Virus record (IMG/VR): IMGVR_UViG_3300025519_000044
Coordinates: 27,359-91,358 of that record
DNA from: a virus
Length of the DNA: 64,000 nt
Strand: one strand, 5' to 3'
Shown here: positions 39,475-49,561 of the stretch, piece after piece
Layout: the number at the start of each line of letters is the position of its first letter
How positions within the stretch are numbered: the stretch's first letter is position 1
Made by a program: the position numbers and the translations under genes
Notes under the pieces: generated by a model
What the model saw: the letters and a program-made list of their open reading frames with translations, nothing else
The model's database searches: none
What the model was told of the DNA's origin: nothing

Positions 39475-40707
39475 GTGATGGAAACGAAACTAAAAGATCG
39501 GATAAAACGGTTTTTCAAAAACCTTGTATCCGTACAATCAAATTTTTACTCAATCAATGATCTTTCATCATCCGATTTGTTTAATAACGTCGGAGAGCTT
39601 TCAGAGTCGATTTTCAGCGCGATCAGCAGGGTTTCCAATACATTTGCTAGCATGCCATTAAAACTGTATGATGGGTCCTATAATGAGCCCACAGACGTGC
39701 CGGCATATAATTTGCTAGTGAATGGGCCTAGATATTTTACCGGATTTGATTTTAGACGCGACATCGAGGCACTTAGGAACCTAAAAGGAAATGTGTATGT
39801 GCAAATTTTCCGGGATATTAACGGAAATATTGTTGATTTGGCGCTGGTTAAACCGGAAGCCTGCCAGCCTTTATTTGACGTGAAGACAGGCGAACTTTAT
39901 TATGCCGTATCGGCGATTGATAACGGTATGGTAAAAGAAACGATGTATATGCACTATACGCAGATGTTGCATCTTAAATTTCCTCGTTTTGGGTCTGTAA
40001 AAGGCGTAAATCCGATGCAATTGTTAAAAAATACAATTGATTATGATTTACAAGTGAAAAAAATTTCACTTGATCAATTAGTCGGAACAAATGAAGGGTT
40101 TATTGTCCATTATGACACCAATATGGACGAGGAGCAGCAAAAAGAAATTGTAAAGCGAATCGCACAGTTTTATAAAGACAATGGCGGCGTACTATTCGAA
40201 GAAAACGGCGTGACAATCAGCAGAATTGAACGCGATCTTGTTGACTCTAAACTTCTTGACGTTGACCAGGTCACGCGGTCAAAGGTCGCCATGGTTTACA
40301 ACATACCGGAACACTTTCTGGGCAATTCGAATGGATCATATAATTCGCTTGAACAATTGAATTTGGAATTTGTTACCGGCAATTTAGCGGCAACTATCCG
40401 GCAATATGAGGAAGAATTCAACAAAAAATTATTGACGGAAGCACAACGAAAAAAAGGCTACCATTTCAAGTTTAACATGAATGCTTTGCTAAGAGGCGAC
40501 ACAAAAACGCGTGGATCATTTTATCAAATCGGCATCAGAAGCGGATTTTTAACACCGAATGATGTCCGAATTTTAGAGGATTTGCCGCCTGATAATGATC
40601 CTAACGCTAATAAACTATGGGTTTCTGGAGATTTATACACCATAGATACACCAGCAACTGAACGGAAAGGAGGTGGATCAAGTGCCGAAAGCAAAACAGC
40701 CAAATAA
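39475..40707 (+). CDS. HK97-family portal protein
   Basis: LLRGD and TPN.VR..EDLPP motifs. Confidence 0.92.
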   Translation: MMETKLKDRIKRFFKNLVSVQSNFYSINDLSSSDLFNNVGELSESIFSAISRVSNTFASMPLKLYDGSYNEPTDVPAYNLLVNGPRYFTGFDFRRDIEALRNLKGNVYVQIFRDINGNIVDLALVKPEACQPLFDVKTGELYYAVSAIDNGMVKETMYMHYTQMLHLKFPRFGSVKGVNPMQLLKNTIDYDLQVKKISLDQLVGTNEGFIVHYDTNMDEEQQKEIVKRIAQFYKDNGGVLFEENGVTISRIERDLVDSKLLDVDQVTRSKVAMVYNIPEHFLGNSNGSYNSLEQLNLEFVTGNLAATIRQYEEEFNKKLLTEAQRKKGYHFKFNMNALLRGDTKTRGSFYQIGIRSGFLTPNDVRILEDLPPDNDPNANKLWVSGDLYTIDTPATERKGGGSSAESKTAK

Positions 40708-41401
40708 ATTTTGGAAAATGCAAGCATCCGGGGAAAATAGTGCGGATGTTTTTATTTTTGGTGAAATAACCACAAGTGGGTGGGAATTGGATGAGTCTGA
40801 TACGTCGGCCAGCACTTTTAAACGCGATTTGGATGCGCTCGGAGATGTGTCGACCATCAATTTGCACATTAACAGCCCGGGCGGGGATGTGTTTGACGGC
40901 ATCGCCATTGGAAACATGATTAAGCAGCATAAAGCACAGGTAAATTGTTATATAGATGGGGTTGCTGCCTCTATCGCAAGCGTGATCGCCATGAGCGGAG
41001 ACACTATTTTCATGCCTTCAAACGCAATGATGATGGTTCACAACCCGTGGTCATTTGCCTACGGAAACGCAGCAGATTTTAGAAAACAGGCTGACGATCT
41101 GGACCATATCGCAGACAGCTTGAAGCAAGTCTACCTTGAAAAATCCGGCGACAAGCTGGATTTGGAGACGATTACGCAGCTAATGGATGCAGAGACTTGG
41201 CTTTCTGCACAAGAAGCATTTGATTACGGTCTATGTGACAAAATTTTAAGTGCAAATCAAGCAGCAGCATCCATTTCCCAGGAATGGGCCGGGCGATATA
41301 AAAACGTTCCAAAGGCTCTTATTGATCCTTCCACAGAGCCAGAAAAACGGTCAGAAAGCAATTTGCTTGCCAAAAAACTAAAAGCATTAAAAGGAGAATG
41401 A
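40682..41401 (+). CDS. ClpP-like head maturation protease
   Basis: INSPGG, AASIAS, MVHN and ETWL motifs. Confidence 0.93.
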   Translation: MPKAKQPNKFWKMQASGENSADVFIFGEITTSGWELDESDTSASTFKRDLDALGDVSTINLHINSPGGDVFDGIAIGNMIKQHKAQVNCYIDGVAASIASVIAMSGDTIFMPSNAMMMVHNPWSFAYGNAADFRKQADDLDHIADSLKQVYLEKSGDKLDLETITQLMDAETWLSAQEAFDYGLCDKILSANQAAASISQEWAGRYKNVPKALIDPSTEPEKRSESNLLAKKLKALKGE

Positions 41402-41405
41402 TAAC

Positions 41406-42665
41406 ATGAACATTGAGCAATTAAGAAATGCCTGGATTGAAGCAGGGCAAAAAGTGTCCGATATTCAAAATCAAATTCAAACTGCCCTTGTGGATGATAG
41501 CATCACAGTCGATGCTATTAACGATCTAAAAAATAAGCTGGAGACAGCAAAAGCAAAACGTGATCTTGCGAAACAGCAACTAGATGAAGCTGAAGCAAAC
41601 GCAAAAAATCTTGAGCCGGCATCCGAGCCAAAAATTAGCCGCCAAGAGGTGCCAGAAAACATGGTTAAGCAATTTGCGAAAGATTTTAAGGACTTGATGA
41701 CCGGCAAATTCCAGCCGCAAAATGCGATCGGGTCAAGTCTTGACAGCGACGGGAACGGCGCGGGCTTAACAATTCCGCAAGACATTCAAACGAATATCAA
41801 TGCTTTGAAGCGCCAATATAATTCGCTTGAGCAATATGTTGGTGTAATTCCTGTTTCTACGTCGAGCGGATCGCGCGTTCTGGAAAAATGGACGGATGTA
41901 ACACCGTTCACAAATATTGATGACGAATTCGGCACAATCGGAAACAACGACGATCCGAATTTCACGCTGGTCAAATATATGATTAAACGCTATGCCGGCA
42001 TTTCTACGCTGTCGAATACGCTGCTTAAAGATACGGCTGAGCAGATTGTAGCTTACATTGAGCAGTGGCTTGCTAAAAAGCAAGTTGTGACGCGCAACAA
42101 TGCTATTTTGGCAGCACTTGATAAACTTCCGAATGTCCAAAAGAAAACGATTAAGGATATTGACGGGATAAAGGACATTTTTAACACCCAATTGGACCCA
42201 GCTTTGCGAGCTACTACAAGGTTTTACACTAACCAATCCGGTTTCAATGTTCTGGATAAGGTTAAAGATTCTGATGGACGTTATTTGCTGCAGCCTATGG
42301 TGGTTGCTGATTCTTTCGCACCGACGTCGCCAACTGGGCAAACATTGAAACAAGTTCCGTCCCTGTTTGGTAAGGAGTTGGTCGTAATTTCTGACCGGTG
42401 GTTGCCAAACGGTGGGACAGCGTCCAACCCAACATACCCGCTGTATATCGGCGACATGGCGGAAGCAGTTAAACTGTTTGACCGCGAAAGACTGTCACTG
42501 ATGTCTACAAACGTCGGAGCCGGGGCGTTTGAAACCGATACTACCAAAATTCGGGCGATTGACCGTTTCGATGTCGAATTGTGGGACACGGAGGCGATGG
42601 TGGTAGCATCCTTTGCCGGAATTGCTGATCAGACGCAATCAACATCCGGAACGACTGCGAGTTGA
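41406..42665 (+). CDS. HK97-family major capsid protein
   Basis: Delta coiled coil; G.TIPQD and RAIDRFD motifs. Confidence 0.93.
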   Translation: MNIEQLRNAWIEAGQKVSDIQNQIQTALVDDSITVDAINDLKNKLETAKAKRDLAKQQLDEAEANAKNLEPASEPKISRQEVPENMVKQFAKDFKDLMTGKFQPQNAIGSSLDSDGNGAGLTIPQDIQTNINALKRQYNSLEQYVGVIPVSTSSGSRVLEKWTDVTPFTNIDDEFGTIGNNDDPNFTLVKYMIKRYAGISTLSNTLLKDTAEQIVAYIEQWLAKKQVVTRNNAILAALDKLPNVQKKTIKDIDGIKDIFNTQLDPALRATTRFYTNQSGFNVLDKVKDSDGRYLLQPMVVADSFAPTSPTGQTLKQVPSLFGKELVVISDRWLPNGGTASNPTYPLYIGDMAEAVKLFDRERLSLMSTNVGAGAFETDTTKIRAIDRFDVELWDTEAMVVASFAGIADQTQSTSGTTAS

Positions 42666-42671
42666 TAAATA

Positions 42672-42986
42672 ATGGCTGATGTTGATATTTCAAATATCAA
42701 ACAGGCTTTACGAATTGATACAGACGCCGACGACGAGTTGCTTAAAGCGCTCTATTCGGCGGCGTCTGATTATATCAAAAAGGCTATCGGTGATGATGTC
42801 GACGGCTTTTATAATAATAATCCGAGGTTTGATTTAGCCGTTTTAATGCTGACAGATCACTATTACAAAACACGATCAGCAACAAGCGAAAAAGCATTTC
42901 AGGAAGTACCGTTCGGGGTTACATCTCTAATTCTGTCGCTAAAAGGTGATTATTATGTCTTACAGGACAACGGGGCAGCTGAATGA
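42672..42986 (+). CDS. Head-tail connector (gp6-like)
   Basis: K.ALRID..DD.L and HYY..R motifs. Confidence 0.88.
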   Translation: MADVDISNIKQALRIDTDADDELLKALYSAASDYIKKAIGDDVDGFYNNNPRFDLAVLMLTDHYYKTRSATSEKAFQEVPFGVTSLILSLKGDYYVLQDNGAAE

Positions 42987-43287
42987 CCGCATTACATTCG
43001 TGAAAAAGTCATCTGTACCGAATGCAAACGGCATACCGAGTTCAAAGCCTGTTCCAGTTTACAGCTGCTGGGCGAGTTTGGACACGCAAAATCTGAAAGA
43101 TATGCAGTCTACAGTTGGTACAGTCCTGGAAGATACAGTCACTTTTGTTATCCGGTATTTACAAGCTTATGAGATTACCAACAAGCTCCAAATATCTTAT
43201 AAAAACAAGCTATATAACATTATCAACATCGTGCCCGGAGAATATGACAAAGAATTTACCAATATCATTGCAAAGGCGGTGACGTAA
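42955..43287 (+). CDS. Head closure / head-tail adaptor
   Basis: L..RITF, CWA and F.IRY motifs. Confidence 0.85.
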   Translation: MSYRTTGQLNDRITFVKKSSVPNANGIPSSKPVPVYSCWASLDTQNLKDMQSTVGTVLEDTVTFVIRYLQAYEITNKLQISYKNKLYNIINIVPGEYDKEFTNIIAKAVT

Positions 43288-43763
43288 TGAGCGTGGAAGT
43301 CGATACGGGCGGCGTGGATGAGGTCCTGAAAAACATGGCCAGGAAAAGTGACAAGGTAAATCGGGAAGCCGTCAGAACTGCCGCAAAATACGTCGCTGAA
43401 AGACTGGAAGAAAACACGCCATATGAGGATGAAAGCAAGTACCGCAGCTGGAATGAGCAATTTAAGCTTGAAAACGAAAATGGCCAGGAACACAAGAAAT
43501 TTAAGCACATGAAGGACGATGTGCATGTATCTGTCGGGCGGGACGGTACAGCAACTGTGGGATATGGCCATGATACCTATTGGCGTGTTCATTTTGTTGA
43601 AACGGGGACAATGCGAACAGGGGGTATGGTAGATAAATCCGGAAAACGTCATTGGGGCGCAGGCATAGAGGGGCAACATTTTATCGAGCGGACGACGCAG
43701 GAAACGAAAGATGCCGCTTTTGACTTGATGGCTAAAAAAATAAAGAAGGCGTTCGGGCTGTGA
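43287..43763 (+). CDS. HK97 gp10-like neck protein
   Basis: VGY..YWR.HFVE.GT motif. Confidence 0.8.
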   Translation: MSVEVDTGGVDEVLKNMARKSDKVNREAVRTAAKYVAERLEENTPYEDESKYRSWNEQFKLENENGQEHKKFKHMKDDVHVSVGRDGTATVGYGHDTYWRVHFVETGTMRTGGMVDKSGKRHWGAGIEGQHFIERTTQETKDAAFDLMAKKIKKAFGL

Positions 43764-44143
43764 CGCTGCCAACAACAGAGGTCCGTGACCTATTGTTAGC
43801 TGATGAAAAGTTTTCTGCCATCATTCCGCCAGAAAAATGTTTTGCTCTGTTAATCCCAGAAGAATTTCAAACAGTCGAAAGTGCCCCTGTGGCTTTGCTT
43901 ACGCCTATATCAGGCGTTCCGTATGATTTTGCGAGCAATAGGCCCATTAGCAAACAAAACGCCGTACAGTTGCAAATATGGACGTCGTATGATGATGAAA
44001 ATCTAAACGAATTTGATGATATTCTGGCAAATATTATGGAGCCTGCCGGATGGTATGAATATTGGAGTTTTGGAGTGGTAAAAGATCCGACCATTGACCT
44101 GCTTGTTACAACATGGAGATTTCAAAAAATAACATACAAATAA
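43760..44143 (+). CDS. Tail terminator / completion protein
   Basis: Gene order; VQLQIW. Confidence 0.7.
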   Translation: MTLPTTEVRDLLLADEKFSAIIPPEKCFALLIPEEFQTVESAPVALLTPISGVPYDFASNRPISKQNAVQLQIWTSYDDENLNEFDDILANIMEPAGWYEYWSFGVVKDPTIDLLVTTWRFQKITYK

Positions 44144-44195
44144 AATCGAGTCCGCACTGCGGGCTCTTTTTATTAAAAAAGGAGAGTGTAAAAGA

Positions 44196-44780
44196 ATGGC
44201 AGTAGTAGGTTTTGATGCGGCTAAAATTAGCATTCTTGATGAAAATGAAAAAGTAACAGACACATTTACAATTGATAGATCATCCGGCGGTACAATTGAG
44301 GCCAATATTTCCGGCCTAGCGCCAAATATGAACGTTGTCTATGCATCTAACGTGCCGTTTTATGTAAGTGCTAAAGGAACAAGTGAAGTTAAATGCGAAT
44401 TGACCGTGGCTGATCTGGATGATCTGGGAACGGAAGCGGTAAACAAAATTTTGGGCCGCGAACAGGATTCCACAACTAAAATCACGAAAGTTGGCGTAAA
44501 TACAACACCGCCTTATTGCGTCCTGGAGCTTATTTCTAAGGACAAACAAGGAAAAGGCCTTTATCTTGGCCTGTTAAAAGGCAAATTTACATTTGACGGT
44601 GAAGATATTAAAACGTCGGATAACAACGGTTCTCAACTTTCGGAGGACAAAGTTACCATGCAGTGCATTTCTAGAAAAGATGGTTACATTTATGCGAAAG
44701 CAAAAGAAGCAGATGGGACCACGCAAGAGGATTTTGAAAAATTTATTATGCCGGCTGCTACTAGTCCTGCTGCTGGCTGA
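44196..44780 (+). CDS. Major tail protein (phi13-like)
   Basis: YASN.PFY and L.KGKF motifs. Confidence 0.88.
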   Translation: MAVVGFDAAKISILDENEKVTDTFTIDRSSGGTIEANISGLAPNMNVVYASNVPFYVSAKGTSEVKCELTVADLDDLGTEAVNKILGREQDSTTKITKVGVNTTPPYCVLELISKDKQGKGLYLGLLKGKFTFDGEDIKTSDNNGSQLSEDKVTMQCISRKDGYIYAKAKEADGTTQEDFEKFIMPAATSPAAG

Positions 44781-44836
44781 TGGCATGGCTGGGGTATCCC
44801 CAGCCTTTTTTAAAATGATGAAACGAGGGATGAAAA

Positions 44837-45139
44837 ATGGGAGTACGCTTAGAAATCACTGATCAGGAAACAGGAAGAACACAGGTCTTTAAAAAAGATT
44901 TTGTTAGTTTTCGAAAAACTCGTGAGGCAATGAAATTGCAAGTAGATATACAGGGAATGAACGAACTAGAAACATTTGACGCATTGCTTAATTTCGTTGT
45001 CGATCTGTTCGAGGACAAAGACCTTACACCGGATTACATCCTGGACAATCTACCGGCAGAAAGCGGAATGAACATTCTAACTGATGTCCTCGAGCAAGTA
45101 ATGGGAGTAGGGGAAAATGATGGCACGGGAAAAAAGTAA
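44837..45139 (+). CDS. Tail assembly chaperone (gpG-like)
   Basis: Position; ends in slippery GGGAAAAAAG. Confidence 0.85.
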   Translation: MGVRLEITDQETGRTQVFKKDFVSFRKTREAMKLQVDIQGMNELETFDALLNFVVDLFEDKDLTPDYILDNLPAESGMNILTDVLEQVMGVGENDGTGKK

Positions 45140-45306
45140 CGCCGGAAGAAGCCTATGAAAACATGAAAGAACTCTATCAAAAAATGATGGAAGCGGGATA
45201 TTCTTTCCATGACATTGACGAATCGGATTATTTTGGTGCTTTAGAAATGTTATCTTCTACACCTCGAAAAGTCATGTCCGCAGAAGATTTCTTCGATAGT
45301 ATCTAA
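45127..45306 (+). other. Programmed -1 frameshift site and gpGT-like extension
   Basis: G GGA AAA AAG before TAA 45137; -1 frame open to TAA 45304-45306. Confidence 0.82.
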
Positions 45307-45322
45307 GAAAGGAGGTTAAAAT

Positions 45323-48300
45323 ATGCCGCAAACTGGTAAGCCATTGGGCAGCATGGTTATTAAACTCGGCTTGGATGGATCAAAATTCACGGACACACTG
45401 GCAAATATACAAAGGTCCCTTAAAACTCAATTGAGCACCATGAGGGCAAACCTAAAAGTTTATGATGCTGTAGGTGACAATCTCGGTAAATTAGAAAATA
45501 ATTATAAAGACTTAAAAAGTACTATCGCCTTACTCGAAAAAGAAAATGAACATCTTACAGCAAGTTACAAAAAACATGTAGAAGCTGGCACCGAAAATTC
45601 AAAAGCAGCCCAAAACTTAGCGAAAAAAATAAATGATAATATACAAAAACAAGCACTTTATAGAAAACAATTAAGCCAAACAGAACGTGCCCTGGCTGAT
45701 GAAAAATCCGGCATGAATGATCTGCGGGAAGAAATCTCACGGGTTGAACAAAGTACACAAGCACTTGTCCAAAAAAATAAAGCAATGGGCCGGTCATTGG
45801 CCGCTAACAAAGAGGAATACAACGGGCTTAAAACTGTTATTGATAAACGAAACCAACTGATCGACAAAGAAAAGGCAAAACTGGCTGAACTCATCAGGAC
45901 TAAAGGCAAGGACGATTCGGCTACAGCAGATCAGCGCCTAGCTATCCAAAAATTAGAGGCTGCCCAGGCTGCCGCAATTGATAGATACAAGAAACTTGAT
46001 AGAGCAATTGGCAATTCTTCTGACAGAATGATTAAGTTTCAGGATAATTTGAGTAGAGCTCGTAAATCATTACAAAATACAGCCGATAAAATTTCAGCTA
46101 CTGGTCAATCAATCAGTAGCTTTTTTGGTGGGGCCACTTTAGCGATGGGCAGTGGGCTCGGATTGGCAACAAAGTCGGCGATGGACTTCGAAAGCCAAAT
46201 GTCAAACGTAAAATCTGTCATGGATCCAGACGATGCTAAAAAGTACGGAAAAGCATTGCAGGACTTGGCCATTACAATGGGCAGTAAGACAAAATATTCC
46301 GCCACAGAAGCAGCCCAGGGGATTGAAGAACTGGTAAAGGCTGGCGTTTCAACGAAGGACATTATGAATGGTGGGCTAAAGGGCGCGCTCGATTTGGCAA
46401 CAGCCGGAGAGTTAAGCTTAAAAGATGCTGCAGAAATAGCTTCTACAGCTTTGAATTCATTCAAGGATGATAATATTTCCGTAGCCGATGCGGCAAACCA
46501 ACTGGCCGGCGCGGCAAATGCATCCGCAACCGATGTTAGCGAAATGAAATTCGCATTATCCTCCGTTTCTGCGGTTGCCGCTGGCGTTGGGTTGAGTTTT
46601 AAAGATACTAACACAGCTTTGGCAGAATTGGCCCAAAACGGCTTAAAAGGGCAGGACGCAGGTACATCGCTTAAAACAATGCTGCTTAACCTTTCGCCGT
46701 CAACAAAATCGGCTGCTGATATGATGGATTCACTCGGGCTCGCAACTAAAAACGTTGGCGCTGCGTATCAATGGCTTGTTGATCGAGGTATCAAGCCAGC
46801 ATCGCATTCCAGCAAAGATGTAGATGCGGCCCTTCAAAAGTTAGCAAAAATTCAAGCCGGCGCCGGAGCATCAGCAAGCAAGGTAAAAAAAGAGTACCAA
46901 GAACTCGCGAAAAACTCCGGCTTTGCATCAAGCGCCTTTTACGATCAACACGGAAAGCTGAAATCTCTTTCAGAAATCTCCGGGTTACTTCATGACCGCC
47001 TGAAAAATTTGACGGAAGAACAGCGGCAATATGCACTTAAGACCATGTTCGGCACCGACGCGATCAGGGCGGCCAACATTCTATATAAAGAAGGTGCGAA
47101 GGGCGCAGATGATATGGCAAAGTCGATCAGCAAAATAAAAGCGAGCGAAGTTGCCGAACAGAAAATGAAAAATCTTAAAGGCACAATCGAGCAGTTGAAA
47201 GGAAGCCTCGAAACTGCTGGTATTACGATTGGATATGCTTTATTGCCGGCCCTGTCGAAAATCACAAAGGTAGTTCAGAAAGCTGTGGACTGGTTTAATC
47301 ATCTATCGCCGGCTACACAGCATTTCATTGCAATAAGCGCCGGGGTTGTTACGGTCAGTTTTGGAATTTCTGCAGCTATGGGAGCCATGACAATGGCAAT
47401 CGGTGGCGGAATATCTGCCGTCGCTCAACTTGTTGGTGGATTTAAACAGCTTGTTAAATTTAAAGGGTTTATAAGTGACACAGCAAGAGTGTCCGGAAGA
47501 TGGATTGGAATAATGACTAAAGCGGCATTTAATTTTGGAAAAACAAGTGCGATATGGGCAGCGCAGAGGTTGAAAATCCTCGCTGTCGCAGCAGCTCAAA
47601 AAGTAGCCGCGGGAGCTACAAAAGCATGGGCCGTTGCACAAAGGATTTTGAACCTTGCAATGAAAGCAAACCCGATAGGTATTGTGATTACAGCCGTTGC
47701 CACCCTTGCCATCGGTTTAGTTTCACTATATAAGCACTCGAAAAAATTCCGTGATTTTGTAAATGGAATCAAGCAAAAAGCAAAAGAAATGGCAAACTCG
47801 GTAAAATCTCACGTTTCCGGTATGGTTTCCGGCGTTAAGTCAAAATTTAGTAACATGAAAAATACCGCAGTAAAATTGGCTGGAAGCATGGCTAATCAGG
47901 TGTCAAACAAACATAGCTGGCTGAACAAACATACAAACGGAGCAGCTAAATCTATGTTTACCGGGCTGAAAAAGACTTATCATAGTGGCCATAAAACATT
48001 GGAAAACGCTACTCAAACCTTCAAACATTTGGTATCCGGTAAGTGGTCAAAACTCGGTGGAGACATCAAGAGAACAACAAAAAGTGCGCTTGATACTGCT
48101 AAAAACTATTATAAAAGCGGATTTAGCGCTTTAAATAAATTGACCGGTGGCAGACTTGGCGATATGTTTTCAAAAGTAAAATCTTTTAGCTCGAAAGTTG
48201 TCGGCATTTTTAAATCTTTGCCGCATAAAATTGCCAGCGGCATAAAAAGCGGCGCCAGAACAATAGCAAATGCCGGCAAACACGTCGGAAACTCATTGCT

Positions 48301-49561
48301 TAAAGCTATTGGCAAGCCGGTAAATGGTGTAATTAAAGGGGTAAACTGGGTTTTAAAACGGGTTGGCGCTAAACACCTTATTAAGCATTGGAACGTTCCA
48401 CAATATGCAAAAGGCACCGATGGCCATCCGCATGACGGCTTAATGATTGTCGGAGATGGTAACGGAGCTAACCGTAAAGAATTAATCCAATTCCCGAATG
48501 GAAAAACGTTCATTTCGCCAGATCGCCCGACCATGATGTTTGCGCCGAAAGGCACACAAGTTGTGGACGGCGATAACACCAAAAAAATAATGACTTTGGC
48601 AGGCATCCCAAAATATGCATCTGGGATTGGTTGGTTAAAAGACAAAATTGCCGGAGGATGGGACAAACTTAAAAATATTGGAGATAACATTTGGAAATAT
48701 GTAAGTCATCCTACTAAGCTATTAAACACGGTTGTTGAAAAATATGCTGGCAATTCAATCGCGAATTTGGCCGGTGCTATGAGAGGTATAGCCAGTGGAT
48801 CCGCCAAAATGATTATAAAGAATGCGGCAAGCTGGATCAAAAAAATGTTTGGCTCGACGGCAAACCCGTCCGGGTCTGGCGTCCAGCGTTGGAGGCCATA
48901 TGTCATCCGCGCGCTGGCCATGAATGGTCTGTCTACGAGCAAAGCAATGGTTAACAAGGTTTTGCGCCAAATCGCAACGGAATCGGGTGGCAATCCATTT
49001 GCTGTCCAACATGGATACACAGATATAAACACGATTACCGGGGACCTTGCAAAGGGCTTGATGCAGACAATAAGCGCGACATTTAACGCCTATAAATTCC
49101 CGGGTCACGGAAACATTTTTAACGGATTTGATAACCTGCTGGCGGCCCTTAACTACGCAAAACACCGTTATGGAAAAACATTAAGCGCACTGGGCAAAGG
49201 CCACGGATATGCCAAAGGTGGCCTTGTGACAACCGAACAGATCGCCAAAATCGGCGAGGGAAACAAGGCTGAAATGGTTATCCCGCTAACAAATAAAACC
49301 CGGGCAATTCAGCTCATGATGCAGGCATTGGCCATCCTTGGCGGGAACGGTTCTTCCGGGCCTTCCGCAGGTGGGAGCGGAGCAGTAACGGTTGATATGA
49401 CCGATACAAATAACCTGCTAAAACAATTAATAAATCTTGTAGCAAACATTGATCCGAATGTTTACCTCGATGGTAAAAAGCTATATGACAATAACAAAAA
49501 ATATAGCAACCGGGAGACAAATATAAGAAATGTATTTAAGGGGGTGATGTCCATTGGTTGA
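45323..49561 (+). CDS. Tape measure protein (TP901-type core) with C-terminal transglycosylase-like domain
   Basis: FE.QMS.V, T.YSATEAA and G..AGTSL motifs; ESGGNP..GLMQ. Confidence 0.93.
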   Translation: MPQTGKPLGSMVIKLGLDGSKFTDTLANIQRSLKTQLSTMRANLKVYDAVGDNLGKLENNYKDLKSTIALLEKENEHLTASYKKHVEAGTENSKAAQNLAKKINDNIQKQALYRKQLSQTERALADEKSGMNDLREEISRVEQSTQALVQKNKAMGRSLAANKEEYNGLKTVIDKRNQLIDKEKAKLAELIRTKGKDDSATADQRLAIQKLEAAQAAAIDRYKKLDRAIGNSSDRMIKFQDNLSRARKSLQNTADKISATGQSISSFFGGATLAMGSGLGLATKSAMDFESQMSNVKSVMDPDDAKKYGKALQDLAITMGSKTKYSATEAAQGIEELVKAGVSTKDIMNGGLKGALDLATAGELSLKDAAEIASTALNSFKDDNISVADAANQLAGAANASATDVSEMKFALSSVSAVAAGVGLSFKDTNTALAELAQNGLKGQDAGTSLKTMLLNLSPSTKSAADMMDSLGLATKNVGAAYQWLVDRGIKPASHSSKDVDAALQKLAKIQAGAGASASKVKKEYQELAKNSGFASSAFYDQHGKLKSLSEISGLLHDRLKNLTEEQRQYALKTMFGTDAIRAANILYKEGAKGADDMAKSISKIKASEVAEQKMKNLKGTIEQLKGSLETAGITIGYALLPALSKITKVVQKAVDWFNHLSPATQHFIAISAGVVTVSFGISAAMGAMTMAIGGGISAVAQLVGGFKQLVKFKGFISDTARVSGRWIGIMTKAAFNFGKTSAIWAAQRLKILAVAAAQKVAAGATKAWAVAQRILNLAMKANPIGIVITAVATLAIGLVSLYKHSKKFRDFVNGIKQKAKEMANSVKSHVSGMVSGVKSKFSNMKNTAVKLAGSMANQVSNKHSWLNKHTNGAAKSMFTGLKKTYHSGHKTLENATQTFKHLVSGKWSKLGGDIKRTTKSALDTAKNYYKSGFSALNKLTGGRLGDMFSKVKSFSSKVVGIFKSLPHKIASGIKSGARTIANAGKHVGNSLLKAIGKPVNGVIKGVNWVLKRVGAKHLIKHWNVPQYAKGTDGHPHDGLMIVGDGNGANRKELIQFPNGKTFISPDRPTMMFAPKGTQVVDGDNTKKIMTLAGIPKYASGIGWLKDKIAGGWDKLKNIGDNIWKYVSHPTKLLNTVVEKYAGNSIANLAGAMRGIASGSAKMIIKNAASWIKKMFGSTANPSGSGVQRWRPYVIRALAMNGLSTSKAMVNKVLRQIATESGGNPFAVQHGYTDINTITGDLAKGLMQTISATFNAYKFPGHGNIFNGFDNLLAALNYAKHRYGKTLSALGKGHGYAKGGLVTTEQIAKIGEGNKAEMVIPLTNKTRAIQLMMQALAILGGNGSSGPSAGGSGAVTVDMTDTNNLLKQLINLVANIDPNVYLDGKKLYDNNKKYSNRETNIRNVFKGVMSIG